Position numbers and translations under genes: made by a program. From assembly GCF_038871235.1 (NCBI RefSeq), contig NZ_JAVZIN010000008.1, positions 11,369-75,368 on the forward strand: a stretch of DNA of 64,000 nucleotides, written 5' to 3'. Position 1 is the stretch's first letter. Each line of letters starts with the position of its first letter. The stretch comes from Candidatus Hadarchaeum sp. Lineage in GTDB: Archaea; Hadarchaeota; Hadarchaeia; Hadarchaeales; Hadarchaeaceae. A model generated the notes under the pieces. The model was given only the letters and a program-made list of their open reading frames with translations. It was not told the origin of the DNA and ran no database searches. Shown here piece after piece: positions 1-9,885 of the stretch.

Positions 1-1
1 G

Positions 2-700
2 GTCCAGGCCAGCCGACAAAAACATCACACTAAATTTGGTGTGATTGACTTAGCCGAAACAATCGGGAAAGAACCGGGAACCCGGTTAAAATCCCATCTT
101 GGTAAGGATTTTATAGTGCTCCGACCTTCAATTGTGGATTTCCTGCAAAAGCTACGCCGGGTTCCACAGATCATGCTACCCAAAGATGCCGGACAGATAG
201 TCGCCCATACTGGAGTTGGTCCTGGTAGCAGGGTGGTCGACGCTGGAGCTGGCTCTGGGGCGCTATCCATTTTTTTAGGCAACTTGGTGAAGCCAAACGG
301 ATGGGTTATAAGCTACGAGGTGCGGGAAGATTTCGCCAAAATAGCTGAGGAAAACATCAGAATGGCGGGGCTCAGCGACATCGTGAAGGTAAAAAACAAG
401 GATATTTATCAGGGTATTGATGAAAGCGAGCTGGATCTGATCACACTGGACCTTCCACAGCCAGAGCTGGTGCTTCCTCACGCCCACCGAGCTCTGAAAC
501 CGGGCGGATATCTCGCTGCCTTCACGCCTTGTGTAGAACATCTGCAAAGACTATACCGGGAATTTGCTAAATTTAGCTTCACCAACATCAGCACGATCGA
601 GTGTCTTGTCAGAGAAATAGAAGTAAAAGCTAACTGCACCAGACCAAGCACACGTATGATCGCCCACACGGGTTATCTGACGTTCGCGAGACGCATTTAA
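2..700 (+). CDS. trmI: tRNA (adenine-57/58-N1)-methyltransferase, 5'-truncated by the window edge
   Basis: PQIMLPKDA, SAM-binding VVDAGAGSGAL, LDLPQP and C-terminal RPSTRMIAHTGYL motifs. The frame is open from position 2 (VQASRQKHHTKFGVIDL), so the true start lies upstream of the window. Confidence 0.93.
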   Translation, partial: VQASRQKHHTKFGVIDLAETIGKEPGTRLKSHLGKDFIVLRPSIVDFLQKLRRVPQIMLPKDAGQIVAHTGVGPGSRVVDAGAGSGALSIFLGNLVKPNGWVISYEVREDFAKIAEENIRMAGLSDIVKVKNKDIYQGIDESELDLITLDLPQPELVLPHAHRALKPGGYLAAFTPCVEHLQRLYREFAKFSFTNISTIECLVREIEVKANCTRPSTRMIAHTGYLTFARRI

Positions 701-746
701 TCAAACACAACCTATGGTTTTCGGCAAATCCTAGGAAAATTTTCCA

Positions 747-1139
747 TCAGACTTTCTTGAACTTGAAACCATAGTAAATGACTCCATCTTCATTATCGGA
801 GCCTATGCGCCGAAAAGTCAATTCCACTTCATCTCCTATTTTCACATCATTGGGGTCGCAATCCACCACCTGCGTCGTGAGCCTAGGACCATCCTCAAGC
901 TCCACTATGGCTAGAACGTAGGGGACCTGATCCTCAAAACCCTCCGGGGCCACATGGACCACACCATAAGAGATTATTTTGCCCCGGCGGCTCAGCCTGT
1001 AGGGCTCAAGTTTTCCCATCCTGCGGCACTGCGGGCAGATGTAGCGCGGAGGAAAGAAGACCTTGTTGCAGTTGCCACACCTGGTACCGATGAGATTATA
1101 CCTATTTGGAATTTCCCTCCAGAATCGCGGCGCGGCCAC
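747..1139 (-). CDS. DUF35-family Zn-ribbon/OB-fold protein (scaffold of the thiolase/HMGS complex)
   Basis: CGNC...CPQC zinc ribbon plus OB fold (PYVLAIVELEDG, IYYGFKF); directly downstream of the thiolase. Confidence 0.92.
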   Translation of the reverse strand: MAAPRFWREIPNRYNLIGTRCGNCNKVFFPPRYICPQCRRMGKLEPYRLSRRGKIISYGVVHVAPEGFEDQVPYVLAIVELEDGPRLTTQVVDCDPNDVKIGDEVELTFRRIGSDNEDGVIYYGFKFKKV

Positions 1140-2306
1140 TCAATCACCCCTTTTGAAGATATGAACCACCGCGGTGCCACCGGTCCCGCCCACGTTATGC
1201 GTCAGACCTATCTCGGCACCTTTAACCTGTCGCTTTCCCGCCTCCCCGCGCAGCTGGTGAACTATCTCCACAACTTGGGCGATCCCAGTAGCTCCAACTG
1301 GATGGCCCTTACCCTTGAGGCCTCCGCTGGTGTTTATCGGAATCTTCCCACCTATCTCAGTCTGCCCTTCTTCTGTCAGCTTTCCTCCCTCGCCCTTTTT
1401 ACAAAAACCGAGATCCTCTATCGCCATGATCTCCGCTATGGTAAAGCAGTCGTGGACTTCTGCCACATCAATATCATCCGGCCCGACCCTAGCCATCCGG
1501 TAGGCCATCCTAGCCGCCTCAGTAGTGGCCCTCAAACCAGTAAGAGACTGCCGACTGTGGAGGGATATTGTATCACTGGCCTGTCCCGTGCCTGCAACAA
1601 TTACGGGTACCCTATCCATCTTCCGCGCCTTCTCAGCAGGTGCCACAACTACACAGGCCGCGCCATCGGTGATTGGCGAACAATCCAACAGTTTAAGGGG
1701 GAGAACCACAGGAGGGGATCTCAGAACATTCTCAACTGTGATTCTCATATGATACTGGGCGCAAGGATTCATACAAGCATTGCTGTGGTTCTTGACCGCC
1801 ACCATTGCCATCTGCTCCTCGGTCGTGCCAAATTCATACATGTGGCGGCGGGCCATTAGCGCGTAAAGTCCGGGAAAAGTCCCCCCGGCGTAAACCTCCC
1901 ATTCTTGGTCGGCCGCCGTTGCTAAGGCACCAGTGGCCTGCTCGGTCATGACATCAGTCATTTTCTCGATGCCTGCGGCCACGACATAATCATGAACCCC
2001 TGAGGCAACTGAAATGACCGCCTGTCGCAGGGCCAAACCACCAGAAGCACAGGCCGCCTCAACTCTGGTGGCCGGTATTGGCACCAAGCCAGCATGATCG
2101 GCGATTAACGAGGCAATGTGCTCCTGACAGATGAATTGCCCGGCTGACATGTTTCCGATGTACATGGCGTCTATCTGCTTGCCATCGATATTGGCATCCT
2201 CTAAGGCCCGGGCTCCGGCCTCAATAATCATCTGACGGAAAGAGAGGTCCCAGAGTTCACCGAACTTGGTTATCCCAACGCCAATTATAGCCACATCGCG
2301 CATCAT
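1140..2306 (-). CDS. Acetyl-CoA acetyltransferase (archaeal thiolase)
   Basis: EAACASG catalytic Cys, [14 protein letters not shown] and HNVGG motifs; clustered with HMGS and DUF35. Confidence 0.95.
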   Translation of the reverse strand: MMRDVAIIGVGITKFGELWDLSFRQMIIEAGARALEDANIDGKQIDAMYIGNMSAGQFICQEHIASLIADHAGLVPIPATRVEAACASGGLALRQAVISVASGVHDYVVAAGIEKMTDVMTEQATGALATAADQEWEVYAGGTFPGLYALMARRHMYEFGTTEEQMAMVAVKNHSNACMNPCAQYHMRITVENVLRSPPVVLPLKLLDCSPITDGAACVVVAPAEKARKMDRVPVIVAGTGQASDTISLHSRQSLTGLRATTEAARMAYRMARVGPDDIDVAEVHDCFTIAEIMAIEDLGFCKKGEGGKLTEEGQTEIGGKIPINTSGGLKGKGHPVGATGIAQVVEIVHQLRGEAGKRQVKGAEIGLTHNVGGTGGTAVVHIFKRGD

Positions 2307-3349
2307 CTCACCAAAAGGCCTTTGTACTTGGCATATGTTGAGTAATCAATGTAAATCTTATCGTTGAGAAATTGCTCTACCTTAGGTGCCAAGTCACGTT
2401 TTTCCTCTATCGCCTCCTTAACCCGAATGCTAAAGGCATCACTTCCGGCACCTGAACCGTATGAAACGACCAAAATCCTGTCGCCGGGTTTGGCTTTGTC
2501 AAGAACTGCCGCCAGACCTATCATCGTGGACCCTGAATAAGTATTGCCTATTTTAGGGACAACAAGTCCACAGGTTATCTGCGCCTTGGAAAATCCGAGT
2601 TCTTCGGCTACCTGATAGGGGAACTTTCCATTGGGTTGATGAAAAACAGCGTGGGTAAAGTCCTGTGGTGTGAGTTTCAGCTGACGAAGAATGCCGTGAG
2701 CGGCTGAAACAACATGCTTGAAATAAGCTGGCTTTCCTGTGAATCTTCCACCATGCTTAGGATAAGGTCGCATCTCCCGGCGCCAAAAATCCGGTGTGTC
2801 TGTGGTGTATGAATAGGTTCCCTCTATCTCCGCCAACGCTTCACCGTCATTCTTTCCGATGATCACCGCACCGCCTCCGGCAGCGGCCGTATATTCTAAG
2901 GCGTCTCCTGGAGCCGCTTGTGCCGTATCGGCTCCTATAGAAATCCCGTATTTTATCTGCCCCATCTCAACCAAACCGGCGCAGGCTTGGATCCCAGCCG
3001 TCCCGGCCTTGCAGGCAAACTCCATATCGGCCGCGGTGAGGTTCGGAGTGGCCTCAATGGCCTCGGCTACTATGGTCGCGGTGGGCTTTACTGCGTAGGG
3101 GTGTGACTCCGACCCGACGTAAACAGCCCCGATATCTTGGGGATTTATCCTCGCCCTTCTCACCGCGTTCCGAGCCGACTCGACTGATATAGTCGCAGTA
3201 TCCTCATCGGGTGCAGGAACAGACTTTTCTTCCACCATCAAACTCTGCTTAACCCTGAAAGGATCCTCACCCCAAACCTTGGCAATATCGTCCAGCCGGA
3301 TGCGGTACCTCGGTATGTAAACACCATAGCCCACTATGCCAACATTCAC
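2303..3349 (-). CDS. Hydroxymethylglutaryl-CoA synthase (archaeal type)
   Basis: [34 protein letters not shown] and [11 protein letters not shown] motifs; GTG start. Confidence 0.96.
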   Translation of the reverse strand: MNVGIVGYGVYIPRYRIRLDDIAKVWGEDPFRVKQSLMVEEKSVPAPDEDTATISVESARNAVRRARINPQDIGAVYVGSESHPYAVKPTATIVAEAIEATPNLTAADMEFACKAGTAGIQACAGLVEMGQIKYGISIGADTAQAAPGDALEYTAAAGGGAVIIGKNDGEALAEIEGTYSYTTDTPDFWRREMRPYPKHGGRFTGKPAYFKHVVSAAHGILRQLKLTPQDFTHAVFHQPNGKFPYQVAEELGFSKAQITCGLVVPKIGNTYSGSTMIGLAAVLDKAKPGDRILVVSYGSGAGSDAFSIRVKEAIEEKRDLAPKVEQFLNDKIYIDYSTYAKYKGLLVR

Positions 3350-3456
3350 CCTGAATCACCCGATTCCATCCCATTCTTTTTTACCCTGATTTAACCGTTT
3401 AAAAAGCTTTTGTTTGTCGTTAAAAACAACGTCATTTGTCGTAAAAATTTAAAATT

Positions 3457-4182
3457 TCAGGGGGAGCATTTTCTTAGTTCTGAGAGCAGCTCATTAACGG
3501 TTGGAACCTTTGCTACAACAAGGGGTAGTTTAAGTATCTCCGCAATTTTTACGCCGACTTCATCTACTGCCTTTAAATCGCCGTGGAGAACCACCATGCC
3601 CGGAGTTATCCCAATAACCTTGACCGCCACCAAAGGTGACCGCCCTGTGGTCACGCCGGTGAAAACAAGGGCGCGCTCAGTAGTCAGGCCGTAGAGGCGC
3701 CTGAAATCGTCGGCCGAAAGGGCCAGTATCGCCTTATGGCTATCGATAACTGTGTAGCCGAAGATCTTTCTATCCAAGAGGTCCTTGTTTGCCACCACCT
3801 CCCCCGCCACGGCCTTGACTATTGCCCTGCCGTCAACTGGTATGGTATACTCTCTGATTTCAAGGACAACGTCTGGAGGTAACTGGGTGCCAAAAACTTG
3901 AGAAAAAACATGAAACATTTTTCCGCCGTGTTGCTCGTCGACCTCCAGCAGCGCTTCAACGATCCTCTTTATAGTTGCAGCCCCGGGAGATTTTCTTCTA
4001 CCGGCTTCGTAGTCACTAATGACTGAAGGGGAAACCCGCATCACCTTGGCTAAAGCGGGCTGGTTGACGCCGAACCTCTCCCGCCACAGTTTAATGGCCA
4101 GTCCGGGTGAATCCGACAGAGTGATGTCGCCGGCTATCCAGCGGGCAATCCTGTCCCTAACTTCTTCGGCCATAAAATTCAA
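3457..4182 (-). CDS. Conserved archaeal XRE-type HTH transcriptional regulator (COG1709-like)
   Basis: HTH SPSVISDYEAGRRKSPG and C-terminal TERALVFTGVTTGRSPLVA signature. Confidence 0.85.
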   Translation of the reverse strand: MNFMAEEVRDRIARWIAGDITLSDSPGLAIKLWRERFGVNQPALAKVMRVSPSVISDYEAGRRKSPGAATIKRIVEALLEVDEQHGGKMFHVFSQVFGTQLPPDVVLEIREYTIPVDGRAIVKAVAGEVVANKDLLDRKIFGYTVIDSHKAILALSADDFRRLYGLTTERALVFTGVTTGRSPLVAVKVIGITPGMVVLHGDLKAVDEVGVKIAEILKLPLVVAKVPTVNELLSELRKCSP

Positions 4183-4212
4183 CTGATTTTAATAGGTGTA
4201 AACTTTTAAAGA

Positions 4213-4782
4213 CTAAGGCTTCACAGCCAACTTGAAAACATCGGCTTTGGTGATTATCCCGGCCGGTTTTCCGTGATCCATGACTAAGATTGCTGGTGCA
4301 TGCTCAAGAATCGAGTAGACTATACCCACGTCGGCATCCTTGGGGACTGTGGGAAAAGGTTTATCCATTATCTCACCCACATTGCGGCGCAGAAGTCTGG
4401 ACATATTCTCCCCTGAAGCGATTCTCTGTACAACGCTGGTCTCAGAAATGGAACCAACTTGAACATCCCGATCTAGAACAGGCAACTGGGAGATGTCGTG
4501 AGCTTTCATCGTCTTGATGGCCGTTGCCACCTTGTCGCTGGGTCTGGTGAAAACGATCGGGGTTGACATGATTCGTTCAACCAAAATCTGCTTTGTCGGC
4601 GCGCTCGCCTGCTCCAGCACCTTCGATATTCTCTCCAAGGTTGAAAATCTAGGATCCGCCTTTCCCGACTCTATTTTGGCTATGTAGGCCTGAGTGACGC
4701 CCGCCAATTTGGCCAGCTTCGACTGGCTGAACCCTAGGCGCATTCTCATGGCTCTGACTTCAGACGGCTTGATGATGCCCAT
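4213..4782 (-). CDS. HTH + tandem CBS-domain transcriptional regulator (COG3620-like)
   Basis: N-terminal HTH (SQSKLAKLAGVTQAYIAKIESGKADP) and two CBS repeats (ISQLPV, GIITKAD). Confidence 0.88.
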   Translation of the reverse strand: MGIIKPSEVRAMRMRLGFSQSKLAKLAGVTQAYIAKIESGKADPRFSTLERISKVLEQASAPTKQILVERIMSTPIVFTRPSDKVATAIKTMKAHDISQLPVLDRDVQVGSISETSVVQRIASGENMSRLLRRNVGEIMDKPFPTVPKDADVGIVYSILEHAPAILVMDHGKPAGIITKADVFKLAVKP

Positions 4783-4815
4783 ACAAACCCTTCATTCCTA
4801 TGAGTTATATTATCT

Positions 4816-4831
4816 GAGAAACCTATAAATA
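4816..4831 (+). promoter_or_regulatory. BRE-TATA promoter of mat
   Basis: GAGAAA (4816-4821) followed by TATAAATA (4824-4831), about 40 nt upstream of the start codon. Confidence 0.6.
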
Positions 4832-4871
4832 TAAACGTGACCTGTTAAAATCTAAATTCACGGGGCATGAC

Positions 4872-6083
4872 TTGATGAGAAATATAATTGTTGAGGAAAT
4901 CAAACAGGTACCGCTCGTGGAGCAAAACTTGGAAATAGTTGAAAGGAAGGGAATTGGGCATCCGGACTCGATTTGCGACTCTATACTTGACCGTGTTTCG
5001 GTTGAACTATGTCAAGAATACCTGAAAAGATTCGGCGCCATCATGCACCACAACACCGACAAGTCCCTTCTAGTGGCGGGGAAGGTGGAAACGAGGTTTG
5101 GCGGGGGCGAGGTTAAGGAGCCCATGCTTTTGATCTTCGGCGACCGGGCCACCGATGAGGTTGAAGGCGAAAAAATAGATGTGGCCAAAATAGCGATTGA
5201 CGCGGCAAAAAAATGGATCAAGAAAAACCTCAGATACGTTGACCCTGACAAACACATGCGCTATCAGGTGGAATTAAAACCGGGTTCGGCGGCATTAACG
5301 GATATCTTCAGGAGGAAGGGAAAAGTCCTCAGTGCCAATGACACCTCGGCAGCGGTTGGCTATGCTCCCATGACTCCAACCGAGGAGATAGTTCTCAAAA
5401 CAGAACACTATTTGAACTCAAAAAAATTCAAAAAAGAATTCCCGGAATCCGGTGAAGACATTAAAGTGATGGGGTTCCGAAAAAACAACGATCTATCACT
5501 GATGATCGGAATGGCCTTTGTCGACCGTCACGTCAAGGACGAGAAAGATTACTTCAGGAAAAAGGAGGAAATCTTAGAGAGGACCCGTCATTTTGTGGAA
5601 GAAAACTCAAACTTTGAAAGGGTGGATCTCAAGCTCAACACACTCGATACTAGAGGAAGAGGAGTAGATGGAGTTTACCTTACCGTTCTAGGTACGAGCG
5701 CCGATGGCGCCGACTCAGGCCAAGTCGGCAGGGGCAACCGGAGCAACGGTGTCATCCCATTAAACAGACACGTTGGATCAGAAGCTGCGGCTGGGAAAAA
5801 TCCGGTAAGCCACGTCGGTAAAATCTACAACCTTCTGACGCACAAAATAGCCAGCGAGATTTACCGCGAGGTTAATGGGCTGAAAGAGGTCTACGTTTGG
5901 CTCGTAAGCCAGATAGGAAGCCCCATCGACCAGCCCGCGATAGCTGCGGCAAGGGTTCTCACCGAGCCGGGCGTTAAACTGGACGACGTGAAAAAACAAA
6001 TCTCTGAAACTATTGAGAGGGAACTGGAAAAAATTGACGAGTTCACCAAATGTCTCTCCAGAGGGGAGTTCCCCGTCTGTTAA
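4872..6083 (+). CDS. mat: S-adenosylmethionine synthetase, archaeal type
   Basis: ERKGIGHPDSICD, ANDTS, GEDIKVMG and EAAAGKNPVSHVGKIYN motifs. Confidence 0.97.
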   Translation: MMRNIIVEEIKQVPLVEQNLEIVERKGIGHPDSICDSILDRVSVELCQEYLKRFGAIMHHNTDKSLLVAGKVETRFGGGEVKEPMLLIFGDRATDEVEGEKIDVAKIAIDAAKKWIKKNLRYVDPDKHMRYQVELKPGSAALTDIFRRKGKVLSANDTSAAVGYAPMTPTEEIVLKTEHYLNSKKFKKEFPESGEDIKVMGFRKNNDLSLMIGMAFVDRHVKDEKDYFRKKEEILERTRHFVEENSNFERVDLKLNTLDTRGRGVDGVYLTVLGTSADGADSGQVGRGNRSNGVIPLNRHVGSEAAAGKNPVSHVGKIYNLLTHKIASEIYREVNGLKEVYVWLVSQIGSPIDQPAIAAARVLTEPGVKLDDVKKQISETIERELEKIDEFTKCLSRGEFPVC

Positions 6084-6134
6084 AAACAGGCAAAAAATTT
6101 TTGCCCCGCCGAACTCTTAAGATATGGTGATTAC

Positions 6135-7649
6135 ATTTTTCAGATACTAAAGCGGGACGGCATGGGTAGGATTGGTAGGGTCTCCACCGTCCACGGAGAT
6201 TTTACCACACCCACGCTGATGCCAGTCATTGATCCCACCGACATTGTCCTGAAACCCAAAGACATGAAGCGAGAGTTCGGCACAGAGCTGATAATAACCA
6301 ACGCCTACTTAACCATGCTCCATTTCGGAAAAAATCCCGCATTAAAAATTCATCAGCTCTTGGATTACGACGGTCCGATCATGACTGACAGCGGCGGCTA
6401 CCAGATCCTTCGCTATGGAAACATTGATGTCCCGCCGGAGGAGATAGTTGAATACCAAGACTTGATCTCACCCGACATCGCTACCATACTGGATATCCCT
6501 ACCGGAGTAAATGCCTCACGAGAGTATGCTGCGGAAACAGTCCGGGTTACGCTTGAAAGGGCAAGACAGGCGGCACAAATTCGATCCAATCCTGAAGTTA
6601 TGTGGTGTGGTCCCGTTCAAGGCGGCCTCTATACCGACTTGGTGGAGTATTCAGCGAGAGAGATAGGTAAGTTGGATTACCAATTTCACGCAATTGGCAG
6701 CCCTGTGGAGTTATTGAACGAGTACAGATACGCCGAAATCGTGGACCTAGTCATGGCAGCGAAAAGAAATCTTCCGCTCGACCGCCCTGTTCATCTTTTT
6801 GGCGCTGGGCACCCGATGATGCTGTCGCTGGCCGTAGCTATGGGGTGCGATCTCTTCGACTCGGCGGCTTACATCCTCTTCGCGAGGGATGAAAGATACA
6901 TGACTGCGGAGGGCACGCTACACCTGGATGAGCTGGTCTTTCTCCCATGCGAGTGCCCGGTGTGCACCAGCACAACCGCTGAGGAGATAAAACGTAAAAC
7001 TAGGGAGGAAAAAATTAAGTTGCTCGCGCGCCATAACCTTCATGTTACCTTCGGCGAGATTCGGAAAATTCGGCAGGCGATAGTTGATGGTAGGTTGTGG
7101 GAATATGTCCAGATAAAATGCCGGGCACATCCTAGTCTCTTGGAAGCGCTCAGGAGATTTATGGACTACAGCGATTTTATAGAGCGGTTTGACCCGGTAA
7201 CAAAAAAATCAGCTTTTTACTATTCAGGCAATGAATCGATCAAACGCCCAGAAGTACTTCGATACAGACAGAAGTTGAAAGACAGATATACGCCACCTCG
7301 GCTAGACACCTTGATCATACTCTCGAGGCCACGTGAAGACACAAAGGTAGATGTAGAAGGCGCCCACGTTTTGAAGATAGTCCCACCATTTGGAGTCGTC
7401 CCTGAGGAACTTGAAGAGATATACCCACTATCGCAGAATCAAACGCCAAGGAGGCTCGACGCTGAGGCTGCTAGAACCACTGCCGAGTCCTTAGAGAGCT
7501 ACTTAACAAGCTGGGGAAGCTTTTACCAACAAGTTATCTTGTTCAATGACAAAAACCTGTGGGGTAATATGTTGATAGAGGCCTGTCATCCTGTGGCTAA
7601 AAAGCTGGAAGTAATTCAACTCAACGAAAAAAATTTAAATAGATTATGA
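6135..7649 (+). CDS. tgtA: Archaeosine tRNA-guanine(15) transglycosylase, short form without an obvious PUA domain; start uncertain (ATT 6135 or ATG 6162)
   Basis: TPTLMPV, MTDSGGYQ, HLFGAGHP, DLFDSAAY and Zn site CECPVC...H. The homologous N-terminus FQILKRDG lies upstream of the first in-frame ATG. Confidence 0.93.
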   Translation: MFQILKRDGMGRIGRVSTVHGDFTTPTLMPVIDPTDIVLKPKDMKREFGTELIITNAYLTMLHFGKNPALKIHQLLDYDGPIMTDSGGYQILRYGNIDVPPEEIVEYQDLISPDIATILDIPTGVNASREYAAETVRVTLERARQAAQIRSNPEVMWCGPVQGGLYTDLVEYSAREIGKLDYQFHAIGSPVELLNEYRYAEIVDLVMAAKRNLPLDRPVHLFGAGHPMMLSLAVAMGCDLFDSAAYILFARDERYMTAEGTLHLDELVFLPCECPVCTSTTAEEIKRKTREEKIKLLARHNLHVTFGEIRKIRQAIVDGRLWEYVQIKCRAHPSLLEALRRFMDYSDFIERFDPVTKKSAFYYSGNESIKRPEVLRYRQKLKDRYTPPRLDTLIILSRPREDTKVDVEGAHVLKIVPPFGVVPEELEEIYPLSQNQTPRRLDAEAARTTAESLESYLTSWGSFYQQVILFNDKNLWGNMLIEACHPVAKKLEVIQLNEKNLNRL

Positions 7650-7684
7650 CAACGAATTTAGCGCGGAGTGGACCGGGATTTTTA

Positions 7685-8125
7685 ATGGACAGCGTGGATC
7701 TGAAACTACTGAAGATTCTGGCCGAGGATGCCCACACACCGCTTCGAAAACTGGGCAGAGAACTAGGTCTTAGTCCCTCTGGCGTGAGGAGAAGAATCAA
7801 GCAAATGGAAAAAAATGGTCTGATAATAAAATACTCGGCGGTCATCGATCCGAAAAAATATGGATATGGTGTAACAGCATTCATAAGCGTGGATGCAGAC
7901 TCACGAGAACTTGGAGAACTGACCAAATCGCTTTCCCGTCGTCATGAGGTGTGTGAACTTCACAGGACCATAGGAGGTCATGACTTGATGATCAAAGTGA
8001 GGGTTAAAGATGTGGACACGCTAAACAAGTTTGTTGACGATCACATCAGGTGTTTTGATTCGGTGAAGAGCGTGAGAACTACTCTGGCTATGGAAACTAT
8101 CAAGGAAACTCTTGTCAATCCCTAG
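7685..8125 (+). CDS. Lrp/AsnC family transcriptional regulator
   Basis: MDSVDLKLLKIL...LGLSPSGVRRRIKQMEKNGLI HTH and C-terminal RAM domain; ATG 7685 fits the family N-terminus better than 7646. Confidence 0.92.
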   Translation: MDSVDLKLLKILAEDAHTPLRKLGRELGLSPSGVRRRIKQMEKNGLIIKYSAVIDPKKYGYGVTAFISVDADSRELGELTKSLSRRHEVCELHRTIGGHDLMIKVRVKDVDTLNKFVDDHIRCFDSVKSVRTTLAMETIKETLVNP

Positions 8126-8133
8126 GTGATGGG

Positions 8134-8373
8134 ATGAAGGAGGAATACAAGAAGATCATGATCGAGTCCCTAACATCGGTACGGCCTTATATCGCATTTC
8201 TTGGGGAACTGAGAGATTTCATAGAAAAGGAAGCAAGCGAATGCGAGAGCATCGAGGCATTTATTGAAAAATTGAAAAAACAAAACGAAAAATCTGACAT
8301 CATCCGGAGAACCGACGGGCAGATATTTTTGTCCGAGCTCAGGCGCAACTTGGCCAAGCTCCACTCCGATTGA
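8134..8373 (+). CDS. Small hypothetical helical protein
   Basis: 79-aa ORF with a GGTGA RBS, filling the gap in a co-directional gene run; no recognised motif. Confidence 0.65.
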   Translation: MKEEYKKIMIESLTSVRPYIAFLGELRDFIEKEASECESIEAFIEKLKKQNEKSDIIRRTDGQIFLSELRRNLAKLHSD

Positions 8374-8410
8374 TTTTAATTCTGACGACCCGATTTAATC
8401 TCAGATTTAA

Positions 8411-9379
8411 ATGGTAAACGAAAAGATCAAAAAAATAGCCCAGGACATAAAAACAATGCGTATACGTGGCGCGGGAAGAATTGCCCGTGCGGCCGCTAGA
8501 GCTCTGAAGATTGCCGCGATTGAGTCTCAAGTTAAAACGCCTGCTGAATTCTCCCATGAGATGGAAACGGTATCCAAAATTCTACTCGAAACCAGACCCA
8601 CAGCAGTTTCTCTGCCCAATGCAATAAGATACGTCTTGTTGGGATTAAAACAAGCACACGGCGCTGACCTTTGGACGATGAAGAAAACCATCTGCTCTCG
8701 CGCGGACGATTTCATCAAAAATTCGCTGGAGGCTGTGAAAAAAATCGGTGAAATCGGAGCCAATCGAATTTCAAGCGGTGATGTGCTCCTAACCCACTGC
8801 AACAGCGAGTGCGCGCTGTCGATAATAAAAACCGCCTTCAAACAGGGAAAGAATATTGAGGTTATCACGACAGAATCGAGACCGGTCTGGCAGGGACGCC
8901 TCAGCGCCAAGGAGCTGCTCAAGGAAGGGATCCCGACGACGATGATAATAGACTCTGCTGTGCGCCATTTCATCCGGGATGTGGACAAGGTGATAGTTGG
9001 CGCTGATAGTATAGCGGCAAATGGGGCAGTCGTTAACAAGATCGGGACGTCAAGCATCGCGCTGGCAGCCCATGAGGCAAGGGTTTTATTCTTCGTTGCC
9101 GCCGAAACATACAAGTTTCATCCGGAAACCTTGGTCGGCCGATTGGTGGAGATAGAGGAGAGAGATCCAAACGAGATAATTAACCTGAAACGTTATCCGG
9201 GGCTAAAGGTAAGAAATCCTGCGTTCGACATAACTCCTCCGGAATATGTGGACTTAATCGTTACCGAGCGCGGGATAATACCTCCTTATGCCGCCTATGC
9301 CATAATTCAGGAGATATTTGAATGGAAACCTGGTAACGGGCCTCGTCACACCGCAGACAAATTAAAACCGTCAATCTAG
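8411..9379 (+). CDS. Ribose-1,5-bisphosphate isomerase (eIF-2B alpha/beta/delta family)
   Basis: MRIRGAGRIA, TRPTAVSLPNA, LTHCNS (catalytic Cys), VGAD, NKIGT and NPAFDITP motifs. Confidence 0.92.
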   Translation: MVNEKIKKIAQDIKTMRIRGAGRIARAAARALKIAAIESQVKTPAEFSHEMETVSKILLETRPTAVSLPNAIRYVLLGLKQAHGADLWTMKKTICSRADDFIKNSLEAVKKIGEIGANRISSGDVLLTHCNSECALSIIKTAFKQGKNIEVITTESRPVWQGRLSAKELLKEGIPTTMIIDSAVRHFIRDVDKVIVGADSIAANGAVVNKIGTSSIALAAHEARVLFFVAAETYKFHPETLVGRLVEIEERDPNEIINLKRYPGLKVRNPAFDITPPEYVDLIVTERGIIPPYAAYAIIQEIFEWKPGNGPRHTADKLKPSI

Positions 9380-9449
9380 GGTCCACAAAATCTGATAAAA
9401 ACTAACTGAAAAGCGCCGCCTGATGGACAACTCGAGAAATTATGTTCAA

Positions 9450-9710
9450 CTAGCTGATTTTATAGACCAAATCTCCTTCCCTAACCTTCTGCTGAACCTT
9501 AAGCCCTATCGATTCACCGGCCTTGGCGCTACTCAAATTCTTGTGCTCAATTTGGATTGACTCCACGGTCTGTTGGAAGTTCGTGGTGGTGCCCTCAATA
9601 GAAATTTTGTCTCCCACATTCAACTCCCCGGTCAATTCAACAACAGCTACGCTGATCTTAGAATAATAGTGAACCACTTTCCCAACAAGTTTTTTCTCGC
9701 CAGCTTCCAT
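9450..9710 (-). CDS. Small beta-barrel 'translation elongation factor-like' protein (U32 peptidase C-terminal-like domain)
   Basis: VGKVVHYYSKISVAVVEL...VGDKISIEG...QTVESIQIEH...AKAGESIGLKV...VREGDLVYK pattern. ATG at 9710 follows a GGTGAGGG RBS. Confidence 0.8.
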   Translation of the reverse strand: MEAGEKKLVGKVVHYYSKISVAVVELTGELNVGDKISIEGTTTNFQQTVESIQIEHKNLSSAKAGESIGLKVQQKVREGDLVYKIS

Positions 9711-9842
9711 CACCCTCACCCTATTAAAGTTGAACCCCTTAATTAAATCCTTTTTCGGTGCCAGAGTGAACAAACTAAATTTGGAACGCTGATCTTTTAA
9801 CAAAAATTTCGCAGGCAGATAAATGCGTCTACTGTGGTTTTG

Positions 9843-9870
9843 ATAATATTTATATAGATAAAAATATTAC
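9843..9870. promoter_or_regulatory. Putative NikR operator overlapping the TATA box of the ECF transporter operon
   Basis: ATAATA-N16-TATTAC with a perfect inverted repeat TAATATTT (9844-9851) / AAATATTA (9862-9869). It covers TTTATATA (9849-9856), and nikR lies just after the operon. Confidence 0.72.
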
Positions 9871-9885
9871 TGCTAATGGATCAAC

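Noticed and set aside
954-1859. 301-aa + strand ORF
   Set aside because: Antisense shadow of the well-supported thiolase and DUF35 genes; no recognisable motifs.
747-3349. HMGS-thiolase-DUF35 cluster as a novel system
   Set aside because: Already a well-described conserved archaeal complex for acetoacetyl-CoA channelling.
9385-9445. TGATAA/CTGA/TGATGG words resembling a C/D-box sRNA
   Set aside because: Boxes are degenerate, guide spacing is too short, and there is no terminal D box.
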